Shown piece after piece: positions 8,521-18,142 of a stretch of DNA of 64,000 nucleotides. Numbering within the stretch: the stretch's first letter is position 1; each line of letters starts with the position of its first letter. This DNA is from Halorutilales archaeon Cl-col2-1 (GTDB lineage: Archaea > Halobacteriota > Halobacteria > Halobacteriales > Afararchaeaceae). The translations under genes and the position numbers were made by a program. The notes under the pieces were generated by a model, which did not search any database, was not told the DNA's origin, and saw only the letters and a program-made list of their open reading frames with translations. Where the stretch lies: the NCBI GenBank assembly GCA_041891055.1, contig CP169074.1, forward strand, positions 1,504,001 through 1,568,000. The letters run 5' to 3'.

Positions 8521-9048
8521 ATGGAAGACACCGAGAGGAGGGTCGAGGTTCTCAGAATGGGTCACAGACCCAAGAGAGACGAGAGGATGACGTCACACGT
8601 GGGGCTTACGTCGCGGGCTCTGGGTGCGGACAGAATACATATAGCGAGTTCGAGTGAGAAGCCGAGGGAGACGATAGAGTCGGTCACGGAGCGTTTCGGA
8701 GGCGACTTTGAGGTTAAACTCACCGAGAAGCCCAGGAGTATCATACGCGGCTGGGAGGGTGACGTCGTCCATCTCACGATGTATGGTCTTCCGATCCAGG
8801 ATGTGATAGACGAAGTACGACAAGAGGACGTCTTAGTCGTCGTGGGATCACAGAAGGTTCCAGGATACGTCTACGGTCTGTCGGACTACAACGTCGGTGT
8901 GACCAACCAGCCCCACTCCGAGGTCGCGGGTCTCTCAGTCTTTCTCCACGAGTACTTCGAGGGTGCAGAGCTCGAAAACGAGTTCGAGGGTGGTGAGATA
9001 GAAGTCGTACCCAGCAACGGCTCGAAGAAGACAGTCGAGAAGGAGTAG
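8521..9048 (+). CDS. trm56: tRNA (cytidine(56)-2'-O)-methyltransferase
   Basis: GHRPKRDERMTSHVGLTSRALGA, VHLTMYG, VTNQPHSEV. Confidence 0.95.
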   Translation: MEDTERRVEVLRMGHRPKRDERMTSHVGLTSRALGADRIHIASSSEKPRETIESVTERFGGDFEVKLTEKPRSIIRGWEGDVVHLTMYGLPIQDVIDEVRQEDVLVVVGSQKVPGYVYGLSDYNVGVTNQPHSEVAGLSVFLHEYFEGAELENEFEGGEIEVVPSNGSKKTVEKE

Positions 9049-9078
9049 AGAGTGAGTAAGAGTTCTTCTGTTGTCTAC

Positions 9079-9423
9079 TTACTCAGACAGGTCGGATATA
9101 GCCTGTGCGAGGTCGCCGTCCGCCTCCACGAGTGCGTCGCGCGCCGTCTCCTCGTCGACACCGGCACGCTCGGATACGAGTTCGACGTCGTCGTCGGAGA
9201 CGTACTCGTTCTCGGATACCTCGGGGTTTCCAACTACCTGGAAGGTTCTCTGTCCATCTGCCTCCATCGATGTGACCTGAGCGTCATCGAAACGGTACTC
9301 CTTGTCGGAGGTGCGTATGACTACCTCCTCGACGTCATCTATCTCGTCGATATCTATACCCATCTGGTTCATCATCTTCTGCATCCTCTTGGGGTCCATA
9401 TTCCCTCTTCCGCCGCCGAACAT
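9079..9423 (-). CDS. nac: nascent polypeptide-associated complex protein
   Basis: [16 protein letters not shown]-terminal UBA-like GDLAQAI. Confidence 0.95.
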   Translation of the reverse strand: MFGGGRGNMDPKRMQKMMNQMGIDIDEIDDVEEVVIRTSDKEYRFDDAQVTSMEADGQRTFQVVGNPEVSENEYVSDDDVELVSERAGVDEETARDALVEADGDLAQAISDLSE

Positions 9424-9460
9424 AGCTCGACTTAGTCCTCGACAGTTAAAAAACGAGCGG

Positions 9461-11116
9461 TTAAGCGGCTCTGAGACGTCCGACGACGAACTCCCTGTCG
9501 AGGGCGGCGAGTAGAGGTCCGAGCTTCGGACCGCTGTCCTGTCCGAGGAATAGCTCGTATCCCGACGAGAAGAAGTCGCCGACTCCTACGTCGTGTCTCC
9601 TCGCGGTCTCGAATATCTCACTCTGTATCTCGTCAGCGGAGTGTCCCTCGTCTATGAAGTCGGCGAGATCCTCGAAGGCGGCGCGGGTACCGTCGTCGAA
9701 CTCTACGTCGGGCTTGTGGTCGAGAACCTCGACGTAGTAGTCGTTGTCGAGACGCCGAGCCCAGTTACGTGCGAGTTCGACACGTTTGAGGACATCGTCG
9801 CGTTGTTGGTGGGTGGCGTCGTCGGGGAGATGTCCCGATCGCCTCAGAACATCGAGTATCGCGTCTTCGTTCTCGGAGACACCGACCATCGCGGCGAAGG
9901 TGTAGGGAACACGTATACGTCTGTTAGAGGCTTCTCGTTTGTCGGAGTCAGAGTCGGTGTGAGTGCCGGAGACAAGTGTCGGGTAGACTCTCTCGGCGAA
10001 GAGCCTCTCCCTGTCGTCGGCGGGGTCTTCGTCTCCGTAATGTATCTCCTCGATCCTGTCGAACTCGTCGACTAACTGGTCTATCTCGGAGACGTTGAAG
10101 TCACGCTGCTTCGTGGGATCGAGCGCGAAGAAGTACTTGAGTACCTCGGGCTCGACGATCTCGAGGAGTTCCTCAACTGTGTAGATGTTGCCCTTGCTCG
10201 CCGACATCTTGTCTCCGTCGACGAGGAAGAACTCGTAGACGAGGGGTTCGGGCGGCTCGTGGTCGAATATCCCGCGCGAGATTGCCTTTCCGCTCTCCCA
10301 CGATCCCTCAGCGTGATCCTTGCCGAAGGGCTCGAAGCCGACGTCGAGTATCTTCCACTGAGCGGGCCACTCGAAACGCCACGGGAGCTTGCCCTCGGTG
10401 AAGGAGACGCGTCCCTCGTGTCCACAGCCTTCGATCTCGTACTTCCCCGCGAGCTCTGTGTCACGGCAGACATATCCGACAGTCTCGTCTTCGAGGTCGA
10501 CGTCTGTGGGTGTCGTGGTTATACGTCCGCAGCTCTCACAGATCGGCATGAAGGGTATGTAGTCGTCGTCGACTGTGCGCTGGTACTCCGAGAGTGTCTC
10601 GCGCGCCTTCTTGACGTCGGAGAGAAGGGTACGTGTGGCGTCTAAGAACTCTCCGTCGGAGTACATCTCGTCGTTCGAGTAGAAGGTAATAGGAACATCG
10701 AGTCTCTCGGCTCCGTCCCTCAAGAGCGATCCGAAATGGTCAGCCCACGAGTCGCAGCATCCGAAGGGATCAGGGACATCGACGTAGGGCTTTCCGAGAT
10801 GCTGCCGAAGCTCGTCCCTCGTCTCGTCGTCGAGTTCTACTATCTCACCGTCTGAGTCTGCGAGCTTATGTGGTATGCTTCTGAGAGGGTCTCTGTCATC
10901 GCGCGTGAAGACCTGTTGGGCTTCTATGTCCTTTTCGCGGAGGGCGTCGGCGACGAAGTATCCGCGGAGAACCTCGTTGAAGTTGCCTATGTGTGGTATT
11001 CCCGACGGCGAGACACCGCCCTTGACGACCGGGTTTCTGTCGTTGTCTATTACGCGGTCAGCCGCCTCGTCAGCCCAGAAACGGGTTTCAGAATGGGTCG
11101 AGTCAGAGTCCGTCAT
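9461..11116 (-). CDS. lysS: class I lysyl-tRNA synthetase
   Basis: [34 protein letters not shown]. Confidence 0.96.
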   Translation of the reverse strand: MTDSDSTHSETRFWADEAADRVIDNDRNPVVKGGVSPSGIPHIGNFNEVLRGYFVADALREKDIEAQQVFTRDDRDPLRSIPHKLADSDGEIVELDDETRDELRQHLGKPYVDVPDPFGCCDSWADHFGSLLRDGAERLDVPITFYSNDEMYSDGEFLDATRTLLSDVKKARETLSEYQRTVDDDYIPFMPICESCGRITTTPTDVDLEDETVGYVCRDTELAGKYEIEGCGHEGRVSFTEGKLPWRFEWPAQWKILDVGFEPFGKDHAEGSWESGKAISRGIFDHEPPEPLVYEFFLVDGDKMSASKGNIYTVEELLEIVEPEVLKYFFALDPTKQRDFNVSEIDQLVDEFDRIEEIHYGDEDPADDRERLFAERVYPTLVSGTHTDSDSDKREASNRRIRVPYTFAAMVGVSENEDAILDVLRRSGHLPDDATHQQRDDVLKRVELARNWARRLDNDYYVEVLDHKPDVEFDDGTRAAFEDLADFIDEGHSADEIQSEIFETARRHDVGVGDFFSSGYELFLGQDSGPKLGPLLAALDREFVVGRLRAA

Positions 11117-11793
11117 TCGGGAACTACCTCCGTACCTTCGTGTTCGCCTTCGAGTATCGCCCTGCGTAGGTTGTCGGGATCAGTCCCGTCGAGAACGAGA
11201 GTCTTGACGCCGCTTCTCTCGATTATCTTCGCGGCGAGTGCGTCGACGACTGCGCTCGATCCCGCCGAAAGCTCGGTCTGCATCACTATCTCGACGAGCT
11301 TGTGTGGCGGAAGCTCCTCGAACTTCTCGGCGTCTTGGTTGGTGCGGGGATCGGAAGAGTAGACGCCGTCGATGCTCGTGGCATAGACGAGAAGGTCGGC
11401 GTTAGTGTACTCGGAGAAGACCGCGGCGACGGCGTCGGTGGTCTGTCCGGGTGCCATTCCACCCATCACAGGTATCTTGTCGTCGGCGAGTGCGTCCTCT
11501 GCCTCGCGGTAGCTCGTGGGTGGCTCGGGATACGCGAGAGGATCAAGTGCCGAAATCAGGAGGCGGGCGTTTATCCTCGTGATGTCGATTCCGAGGTAGT
11601 CACAGATGGAGTCGTTGGCTCCGAGTTCGCGCGCGACCCCTATGTAGTCACGTGCCGTCTGTCCTCCTCCTGCGACTATGCTGAGGCTGTGTGAGTTGTT
11701 AATCTCCTCAGCCACCCGAGCGAACTCCGAGATACGTTTCGACGACAGCTCGGGGACGAGAACCGAGCCGCCTACCGAGATTACTACGTCCAT
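11113..11793 (-). CDS. pyrH: uridylate kinase
   Basis: ISVGGS, GGG.TAR.YI, PGQTTDAVA, DGVYSSDP. Confidence 0.95.
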   Translation of the reverse strand: MDVVISVGGSVLVPELSSKRISEFARVAEEINNSHSLSIVAGGGQTARDYIGVARELGANDSICDYLGIDITRINARLLISALDPLAYPEPPTSYREAEDALADDKIPVMGGMAPGQTTDAVAAVFSEYTNADLLVYATSIDGVYSSDPRTNQDAEKFEELPPHKLVEIVMQTELSAGSSAVVDALAAKIIERSGVKTLVLDGTDPDNLRRAILEGEHEGTEVVPE

Positions 11794-11835
11794 GCGCGAG
11801 GTATTGTCTCATTGTGACTTAACCCTTGTTTTGTC

Positions 11836-12354
11836 CTAGTCGTCAGTCGACGGGATAGATATCTGGTAACGTCCGTCCTCCTGGAGGGTTATGACGCGTT
11901 CGTCGTTGTCGTAAAGGTTCATGAGGTTTATCTTGTAGCTCCCGGGCTCGATTATACGTATGCTCTCGAACTGTTCCATGAGCTCCTGACGTAGCTTCTC
12001 CTGCCGTATTCTCTCTCTCTCCTCTTCAGTGACCTCAGTCTTATCCTCTTCAGACTCGGATGTCTGTGAGCGTGATCCTGAGACTCCCTCGTCGGAGCCG
12101 TGGTGGTCGGGCCAGTCACCCGAGTAGTACGACGATCCGGTTTCGTCGGGGTCTTCGGCTGGGGAGGACTGTTTCGGAGACGCCGGGGCTTCTATCATCT
12201 CCGTCTCGTCGTCCGTTTCTTCCTCGTCCTCCCACTTGTCAGTGAGGTCGCCGACGTACCTGAACTTACCACCACCACAGACGGGACAGCCGTCGAGAAC
12301 TTCATCGGTTCCGTCCTCGAAGACCTCGCCGCAGTTTGTGCATTTGTGGGGCAT
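11836..12354 (-). CDS. oapC: origin-associated Zn-ribbon protein OapC (DUF2072)
   Basis: MPHKCTNCG...GCPVCGGGKF, ESIRIIEPGSY.INL; operon context. Confidence 0.88.
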   Translation of the reverse strand: MPHKCTNCGEVFEDGTDEVLDGCPVCGGGKFRYVGDLTDKWEDEEETDDETEMIEAPASPKQSSPAEDPDETGSSYYSGDWPDHHGSDEGVSGSRSQTSESEEDKTEVTEEERERIRQEKLRQELMEQFESIRIIEPGSYKINLMNLYDNDERVITLQEDGRYQISIPSTDD

Positions 12355-12359
12355 CTTGT

Positions 12360-12737
12360 CTACCCACCCGAGACGAGTGCTGTTATTAGGTCGCTGTCCT
12401 TGTGGAGTGTCTGTATCTGGTTCGCGGGTCCTATTACGGTTAGCTTCGAGGGCTTGTCCCCAAGTATCTTACCGAGTATCCCCTGGCTCGCCTCCTGTTT
12501 GGGGTATGACTCTATCTCTATCCCAGAGAATCCGTCGGGGGAGATCTCCGACATAGTGACCTCTATGAGCTTCGATTCCTCGTCGGGCGTGAGACCCGAC
12601 TCAAGTATGACGATCTTGCCCTCACGGACGCTGTCGAGTATTAAGTTGACCTTCTCTATGCTCGCCATGCCGTCCATCCTCTCGGAGCTTATCATGTCGA
12701 TGGGAACTCCGTCGGAGTCTGTCTCTAGCTCTGGCAT
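12360..12737 (-). CDS. oapB: origin-associated protein OapB (DUF2073)
   Basis: GLTPDEESKLIEVTM, GIEIESYP, KLTVIGPANQ. Confidence 0.9.
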   Translation of the reverse strand: MPELETDSDGVPIDMISSERMDGMASIEKVNLILDSVREGKIVILESGLTPDEESKLIEVTMSEISPDGFSGIEIESYPKQEASQGILGKILGDKPSKLTVIGPANQIQTLHKDSDLITALVSGG

Positions 12738-12741
12738 GTCT

Positions 12742-13386
12742 TTAACCTCCGAACTCCTCTGCTATCGTCTCATAGAGGTTGTCTATGTTGTTTCCTTCGA
12801 GACCACTGATACGTACGGTCTCGTGCTGTCGGAACATCTCCTCTATGCGGTTGGGAGACGCGTCTTCGAGGTCGATCTTGTTAGCGACTACGACGACAGG
12901 AAGGCTCCTCTCCTGTATGATACCGTTTAGCATCGAGTTGACCGCCTTATAGGGATCCTGTGTCGAGTCGAGGACGTAGAGGACACCGTCGAGATCCTCC
13001 TTGAGCCAGTGTATCGCCTCGGTGACTCCCTGTGTAGCCTCACGCGCCCTCTCACGAGCGAGATCCTCATCGAGACCGTAGTCGACGAACTCCTCGTACT
13101 CAACCTTCGTCGCAACTCCAGGAGTGTCGACGATGTCAAGAGTGACCTGGTTCCCGTCGTGCTCTATCTTGATGTCCTCCTTACGCGTAGCCTCTCTTGT
13201 CTCGTGTGGGATCTGCGACTCAGCGCCCATCGCGTCGTCGCCCCAGTCCCTGGATATACGGTTCGCGAGGGTCGTCTTCCCCGCATTAGGAGGTCCGTAT
13301 ATACCTATCTTCGCGTTCTTCTCGTCCTCGAAGATACGCGATATAGTACGACTTATACTGTCTCGGATCTCGGAGATTATGCCCAT
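12742..13386 (-). CDS. oapA: Era-like GTPase OapA
   Basis: GPPNAGKTT, PHETR, DTPG, NKID; divergent from cdc6 across the origin. Confidence 0.9.
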   Translation of the reverse strand: MGIISEIRDSISRTISRIFEDEKNAKIGIYGPPNAGKTTLANRISRDWGDDAMGAESQIPHETREATRKEDIKIEHDGNQVTLDIVDTPGVATKVEYEEFVDYGLDEDLARERAREATQGVTEAIHWLKEDLDGVLYVLDSTQDPYKAVNSMLNGIIQERSLPVVVVANKIDLEDASPNRIEEMFRQHETVRISGLEGNNIDNLYETIAEEFGG

Positions 13387-13513
13387 AGTATCCCCCTGCA
13401 CATGTTATCTCGGTGATAGTACGTCTAGGGTTATATTAAACCTGCGTCAGACACTCGTCAGACGGAGTCATAGGGAATAAGGAAAGAAAGTATGAGGGAC
13501 TGTGACATAGGTA

Positions 13514-13542
13514 CCCCCCCACCCCTTCGTTTCAACTGGAAC
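13514..13542 (-). promoter_or_regulatory. ORB element with G-string
   Basis: Reverse complement GTTCCAGTTGAAACGAAGGGGTGGGGGGG. Confidence 0.93.
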
Positions 13543-14157
13543 CCAGAAAAAGGGTGGTGGGGGGAGAAGAGAGTAAACTCCCGGTATATTTCGTGTCTCG
13601 TCGTGAACCCCACGGGATCACGAGTGGGTTAGCTCCGACAGAATTTATTATAGATACGAAACTAATAAGATTTGGGTCTATTGACAGTAGGTACAATTCA
13701 TTCGAAAACATAATGTTACTAAGATAGAGCTAAGTATTATTCTATCTCAGAGAAAATTACATGAAGACTCTAAGAAATATGATATGAGAGTTCAGAAGAA
13801 ATACTATCTAAATAGAGGAAATAACATCCAAATCTAAGAGTAATTACATGAAGATAGCGCATCAATTACATGTAGATGGTATGTCAGAAAGATAATAAGT
13901 CTATCTGCAGTCTACCGTATTATAAATAATAATTAGTAGTATAAATGTTTTTATGATAAACCCAGTCTTTGATCCCGTTGACTTCGTCACTACTTCTGTC
14001 ACTCCCCTCCTGTTACTTCTTCCCATTCCGCCGAAGACCTCAAACTCCGGTACACCACGCCTTTCCAGATCTTTTTCATGTCTTTCTTAGGTTACACAAA
14101 GGTCTACACAAAGAGTCTCTCACCCTCTTACCCCCACCCCCCACCCCCTCTTTTCGT

Positions 14158-14185
14158 GTTCCAGTTGAAACGAAGGGGTGGGGGG
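14158..14185 (+). promoter_or_regulatory. ORB element with G-string, inverted relative to the first
   Basis: GTTCCAGTTGAAACGAAGGGGTGGGGGG. Confidence 0.93.
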
Positions 14186-14337
14186 TTAGACCGGAGATAC
14201 TCGCGGACGTCCTCAGAAGCTTGGACATCCTCAGAATCCTCTTGGAACGTCCTCGGATCAACTCGCAGGACTTCACTCACAGTCTGTCCGTGGTCAGATC
14301 ACCTTTTTCGAGTCTCTTCGCGGGTCTCTGTCAACTA

Positions 14338-14358
14338 CCCCCATGTTTCAACTGGAAC
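14338..14358 (-). promoter_or_regulatory. third, shorter ORB next to the putative cdc6 TATA box
   Basis: Reverse complement GTTCCAGTTGAAACATGGGGG; AAGCTATATA at 14361-14370. Confidence 0.85.
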
Positions 14359-14473
14359 ATAAGCTATATATTGGTCAAGACTAATCTCATTTGAACGGTG
14401 CCTGGCTTGCATCGCTTATCTCAATCTACGACTTCGCAAGCCTCGAAACGTACACGTATCTCGAAGGGAAAGC

Positions 14474-15850
14474 ATGGTAGGCAGTAACGACACGGATTCA
14501 GATGGGACGGATGCCTCGGGTGAGAAGACGGGTTTAGGGGACTCGGATCTCAATAGTCTCGAAAGCATAGTCGACAATGACCTCGTTGACGTCGACGTAG
14601 ACGTGGGTATAGAAGACGAAGCCGACGAGGGTCTCTTCGATGAGCTTCTCGAAGTCGAGCCGATATTCGACAACAAGGAGGTCCTCCGACCCTCTTACAC
14701 CCCCACGAAGCTCCCCCACAGGAACGAACAGATCAACCGGATAGCGACGGTTTTAGTCTCCGCACTCAGGGGGGACACACCTTCGAACCTCCTCATCTAT
14801 GGCAAGACGGGGACGGGTAAGACAGCGAGCGCGAAGTACGTCTCACAGGAGCTCGAAAAGACGAGCCAGAAGTTCGACGTCTCGTGCGACGTCGAGTACA
14901 TAAACTGTGAGGTAGTCGACACACAGTACCGTGTCCTCGCACGTCTCGCGCGGGAGTTCGGACGAGAAGATGTGCCAATGACGGGCTGGCCCACAGACAG
15001 AGTCTACGACGCTTTCTTCGACGCCGTCGACAACGAGGAACGAGTCGTCGTCATAATGCTCGACGAGATAGACAAGCTCGTCGAGAAGAGCGGCGACGAT
15101 ACTCTCTATAACCTGTCGCGCATGAACGCCGACCTCGAAAACGCACGCGTCTCGATAATGGGAATCTCGAACGACATACAGTTCACAGAGCTACTCGACC
15201 CGCGCGTCAAGTCGTCGCTCGGCGAGGAGGAGATAGTCTTCCCGCCTTACAATGCTAACCAGCTTCGTGACATACTCGAACAGCGTGCCGAGATAGCCTT
15301 CAAGCCTGACTCACTCACTGACGACGTGATACCTCTGTGTGCCGCCTTCGCAGCGAAGGAACATGGCGACGCAAGACGCGCACTCGACCTCCTGCGTACT
15401 GCGGGAGAGCTCGCCGAACGTGCCAAGTCGGAGACTGTCGACGAGGATCACGTCAGAGAGGCACAGGAGAAGATCGAGCTCAACCGTGTCGTTGAAGTCG
15501 TCCAGACTCTCCCGACACAGTCGAAGCTCGTCCTCTTCAGCATAATCTCGCTCGCTGAGGAGGGCTCCGAGAAGATGAACACCGGCGAGGTCTACAACAC
15601 CTATAAACGTGTCTCGAACCAGATGGAGATGGACGTCCTGACTCAGAGACGTGTCACTGACCTCATAAGCGAACTCGACATGCTCGGAATAGTCAACGCA
15701 GTCGTCGTCTCGAAGGGACGTTACGGCAGGAGTAAGGAGATTTCGCTCAGCGTTCCGAAGAAGGAGACAAAGAAGGTAATACTCGAGGACTCGCGCCTTG
15801 GATCTCTCAGCGAGGTGTCGACGTCGGCACAGTCACGTCTGGATGACTGA
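14474..15850 (+). CDS. cdc6: Orc1/Cdc6 replication initiator
   Basis: YGKTGTGKT, YINC, LDEIDKL, FPPYNA, GDARRALDLL, SKGRYGR winged helix. Confidence 0.97.
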   Translation: MVGSNDTDSDGTDASGEKTGLGDSDLNSLESIVDNDLVDVDVDVGIEDEADEGLFDELLEVEPIFDNKEVLRPSYTPTKLPHRNEQINRIATVLVSALRGDTPSNLLIYGKTGTGKTASAKYVSQELEKTSQKFDVSCDVEYINCEVVDTQYRVLARLAREFGREDVPMTGWPTDRVYDAFFDAVDNEERVVVIMLDEIDKLVEKSGDDTLYNLSRMNADLENARVSIMGISNDIQFTELLDPRVKSSLGEEEIVFPPYNANQLRDILEQRAEIAFKPDSLTDDVIPLCAAFAAKEHGDARRALDLLRTAGELAERAKSETVDEDHVREAQEKIELNRVVEVVQTLPTQSKLVLFSIISLAEEGSEKMNTGEVYNTYKRVSNQMEMDVLTQRRVTDLISELDMLGIVNAVVVSKGRYGRSKEISLSVPKKETKKVILEDSRLGSLSEVSTSAQSRLDD

Positions 15851-16427
15851 TCGATCCTAAGAGGAGACGTATCCTTCCGAGGTGAGGCACTCTTACCTTC
15901 GCCTTCCCCACAACCCAGTCGGACTTCACGACCTGACTTATTCCGGCTTCCTGGTCGTACATCCTGTTGTTGTCTCCCTTAGTCACGAAGCCCGAGTGCT
16001 GTGCGGTCTGGACGCCGTTACTACCGTTCCACTTCTCACCTTCTTCGACGTACTCTACCGCCCTGTGTATCACTGGTGTCGCCCCGTTTCTTCCGTTTGG
16101 CTGGTAGACTATGACGTCGCCGTAGTTCCCGAATGTCTTGTACCCTGTCTCACTACCCTCGTCGTATGTCACTACTCCGTGTACAGTCTCGGCGTCTTCG
16201 GGGACGAACTTCGAGTCGTCTACGAGGTATATCAGGTCACCCCTGTGCATATGAGGCTCCATGCTTCCGCTCTCTACCGCTACGAGAGGAGGCCAGATTC
16301 CCGCAACAGCCCAAAGGATAACCGCTATTCCGACTACGGCTACTGCTGAGGTCACGAAGTCCTCCACAACCTTTCCGGTCTGCGTCTTCCGAGCCTTCTT
16401 TATCCTCTCTCTCCAGCCATCGTCCAT
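15807..16427 (-). CDS. signal peptidase I (S26, Sec11-type)
   Basis: VESGSMEP, PVIHRA, TKGDNN; conserved position between cdc6 and DP1. Confidence 0.9.
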   Translation of the reverse strand: MDDGWRERIKKARKTQTGKVVEDFVTSAVAVVGIAVILWAVAGIWPPLVAVESGSMEPHMHRGDLIYLVDDSKFVPEDAETVHGVVTYDEGSETGYKTFGNYGDVIVYQPNGRNGATPVIHRAVEYVEEGEKWNGSNGVQTAQHSGFVTKGDNNRMYDQEAGISQVVKSDWVVGKAKVRVPHLGRIRLLLGSISHPDVTVPTSTPR

Positions 16428-16567
16428 ATACGACGTAAGTAATAGCTCCGTATTACTGTTTCCACTCGTTAGCGGACACCGACACGCCGACTCAGACACC
16501 GCTGAAGATACAGCCCGAGACTACTGACACAAGCTATATGACTCAGTGACGACCTACTCTAAACCAC

Positions 16568-18094
16568 ATGGGAACATCGTCGGAACACGACGCAGATACT
16601 TCTCTAAATACTGAGATCGTGGATGCTCTCGCCGAGAGAGGTCTCAACGCGACCCCTGACGCACTCAAGGCTATCGCGGAGTCCGACTCGCCCCACGAGA
16701 CGGTCGACCTAGTCTCCGAGGAAGTCGACGAACCCGTGGTCACCGTCCACCACATCGCCAACCTCACTGGTACTTCCTCACACGACCCCTCTGTTTCGTC
16801 TGGAAACGCGGATTCATCGACATCGACAGAGAGAAGTAACGCGACTCACACGGAGACAGTCTCCGATACTTCCTCCTCGAACTCCGTCTCCCGAAGACCC
16901 GACTCCGAGAGGTATGTCTCGGTCAAGGACACTATAACAGGAAACTCGACTACGACGGGTGAAATCGACGACTTCGTGGGTCTCTTCCGTGACCGTTACG
17001 AGAAGCTATCGGGGATTCTCAGAAAACGTCTCTCACCCCGGACTGTCGAGTCGTTGTCGTCGCGTGGTGGCGGAGGCGATGAAGTCGAACTCGTCGGGAT
17101 GGTCAACGACATACGTTCGACGTCGTCCGGGAACACACTCGTCATACTCGAAGACACCACGGGTGAGATGCGTGTCCTACTCTCGGACGACCTCTCCGAC
17201 GAGGCTCAGAGACTCGTGGTCGACGAGGTCGTGGGGGTCAGGGGACGTCTCTCCGACGACGCCGGTATAGTCTTCGCTGACTCTCTCCATTATCCCGATG
17301 TCCCTCCGAGACGTGAGCCCAACACGGCTGACCTCAACACGGACGTCAAAGCCGCCCTCATCAGCGACATACATTTCGGCTCCGACGCCTTCCTCCGTGA
17401 TAAGTGGGATGAATTCACCGACTGGCTACATTCTCAGCCCGAGATTGAGTACGTATTAGTCGCGGGTGACCTCGTCGAGGGTGTCGGAGTCTACCCTGGA
17501 CAGGACGACGAGCTAACCACGGTCGACCTCTACGAGCAGTACGAGAACTGCGCCGACGGGTTCCGTCAGATACCCGACGACATAGACGTTATCACTATAC
17601 CCGGAAACCATGACTCCGTACGTCTCGCAGAGCCTCAGCCCGCTCTTCCCGACGAGTTCAGAGAGCCCTTCGCCGAAAACGTCGAGTTCTACGGAAACCC
17701 ATCGACCGTCGATCTCGAAGGAGTCAAGGTGTTGATGTACCACGGCATGTCGCTCAACCCCTTCGTCGAGAAGACACCCGGGGCGGAGATAGAGAGTCCC
17801 GAGACTGCGATGATACCCATCATAAAGAAGAGACATCTTGCTCCTATGTACGGCGACGTACGTCTCTCGCCCGAAACTACGGATCACCTCGTTATAGACG
17901 AGATACCCGACATAATCCACGCCGGACACGTTCACACGGTTGGAGTCGACAGGTACCGCTCTGTCACACTTCTTAATTCGGGGGCGTGGCAGGGACAGAC
18001 GGAGTACCAGAAGTCGATGAACATACAGCCCGACCCCGGTATCGCACCCATAATCGACCTCAACAGCCTCGAAGTCACACTAAGACAGTTTTAA
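16568..18094 (+). CDS. polD1: DNA polymerase D small subunit DP1
   Basis: OB fold, SDIHFGS, AGDLVEG.G.YPGQ, PGNHD..R.AEPQP, YHG, GHVH. Confidence 0.96.
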   Translation: MGTSSEHDADTSLNTEIVDALAERGLNATPDALKAIAESDSPHETVDLVSEEVDEPVVTVHHIANLTGTSSHDPSVSSGNADSSTSTERSNATHTETVSDTSSSNSVSRRPDSERYVSVKDTITGNSTTTGEIDDFVGLFRDRYEKLSGILRKRLSPRTVESLSSRGGGGDEVELVGMVNDIRSTSSGNTLVILEDTTGEMRVLLSDDLSDEAQRLVVDEVVGVRGRLSDDAGIVFADSLHYPDVPPRREPNTADLNTDVKAALISDIHFGSDAFLRDKWDEFTDWLHSQPEIEYVLVAGDLVEGVGVYPGQDDELTTVDLYEQYENCADGFRQIPDDIDVITIPGNHDSVRLAEPQPALPDEFREPFAENVEFYGNPSTVDLEGVKVLMYHGMSLNPFVEKTPGAEIESPETAMIPIIKKRHLAPMYGDVRLSPETTDHLVIDEIPDIIHAGHVHTVGVDRYRSVTLLNSGAWQGQTEYQKSMNIQPDPGIAPIIDLNSLEVTLRQF

Positions 18095-18142
18095 CGAACA
18101 GTTTTTATTATCTGTGTTCGAACTTGACAGTAGGTAGTAATC

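Larger units (their letters stand above)
13500..14370. other. chromosomal replication origin oriC1
   Basis: ORB boxes flanking an AT-rich tract (about 13640-13960) between oapA and orc1/cdc6. Confidence 0.92.

Noticed and set aside
13969-14394. ORFs inside the origin
   Set aside because: They overlap ORB elements and have atypical composition.
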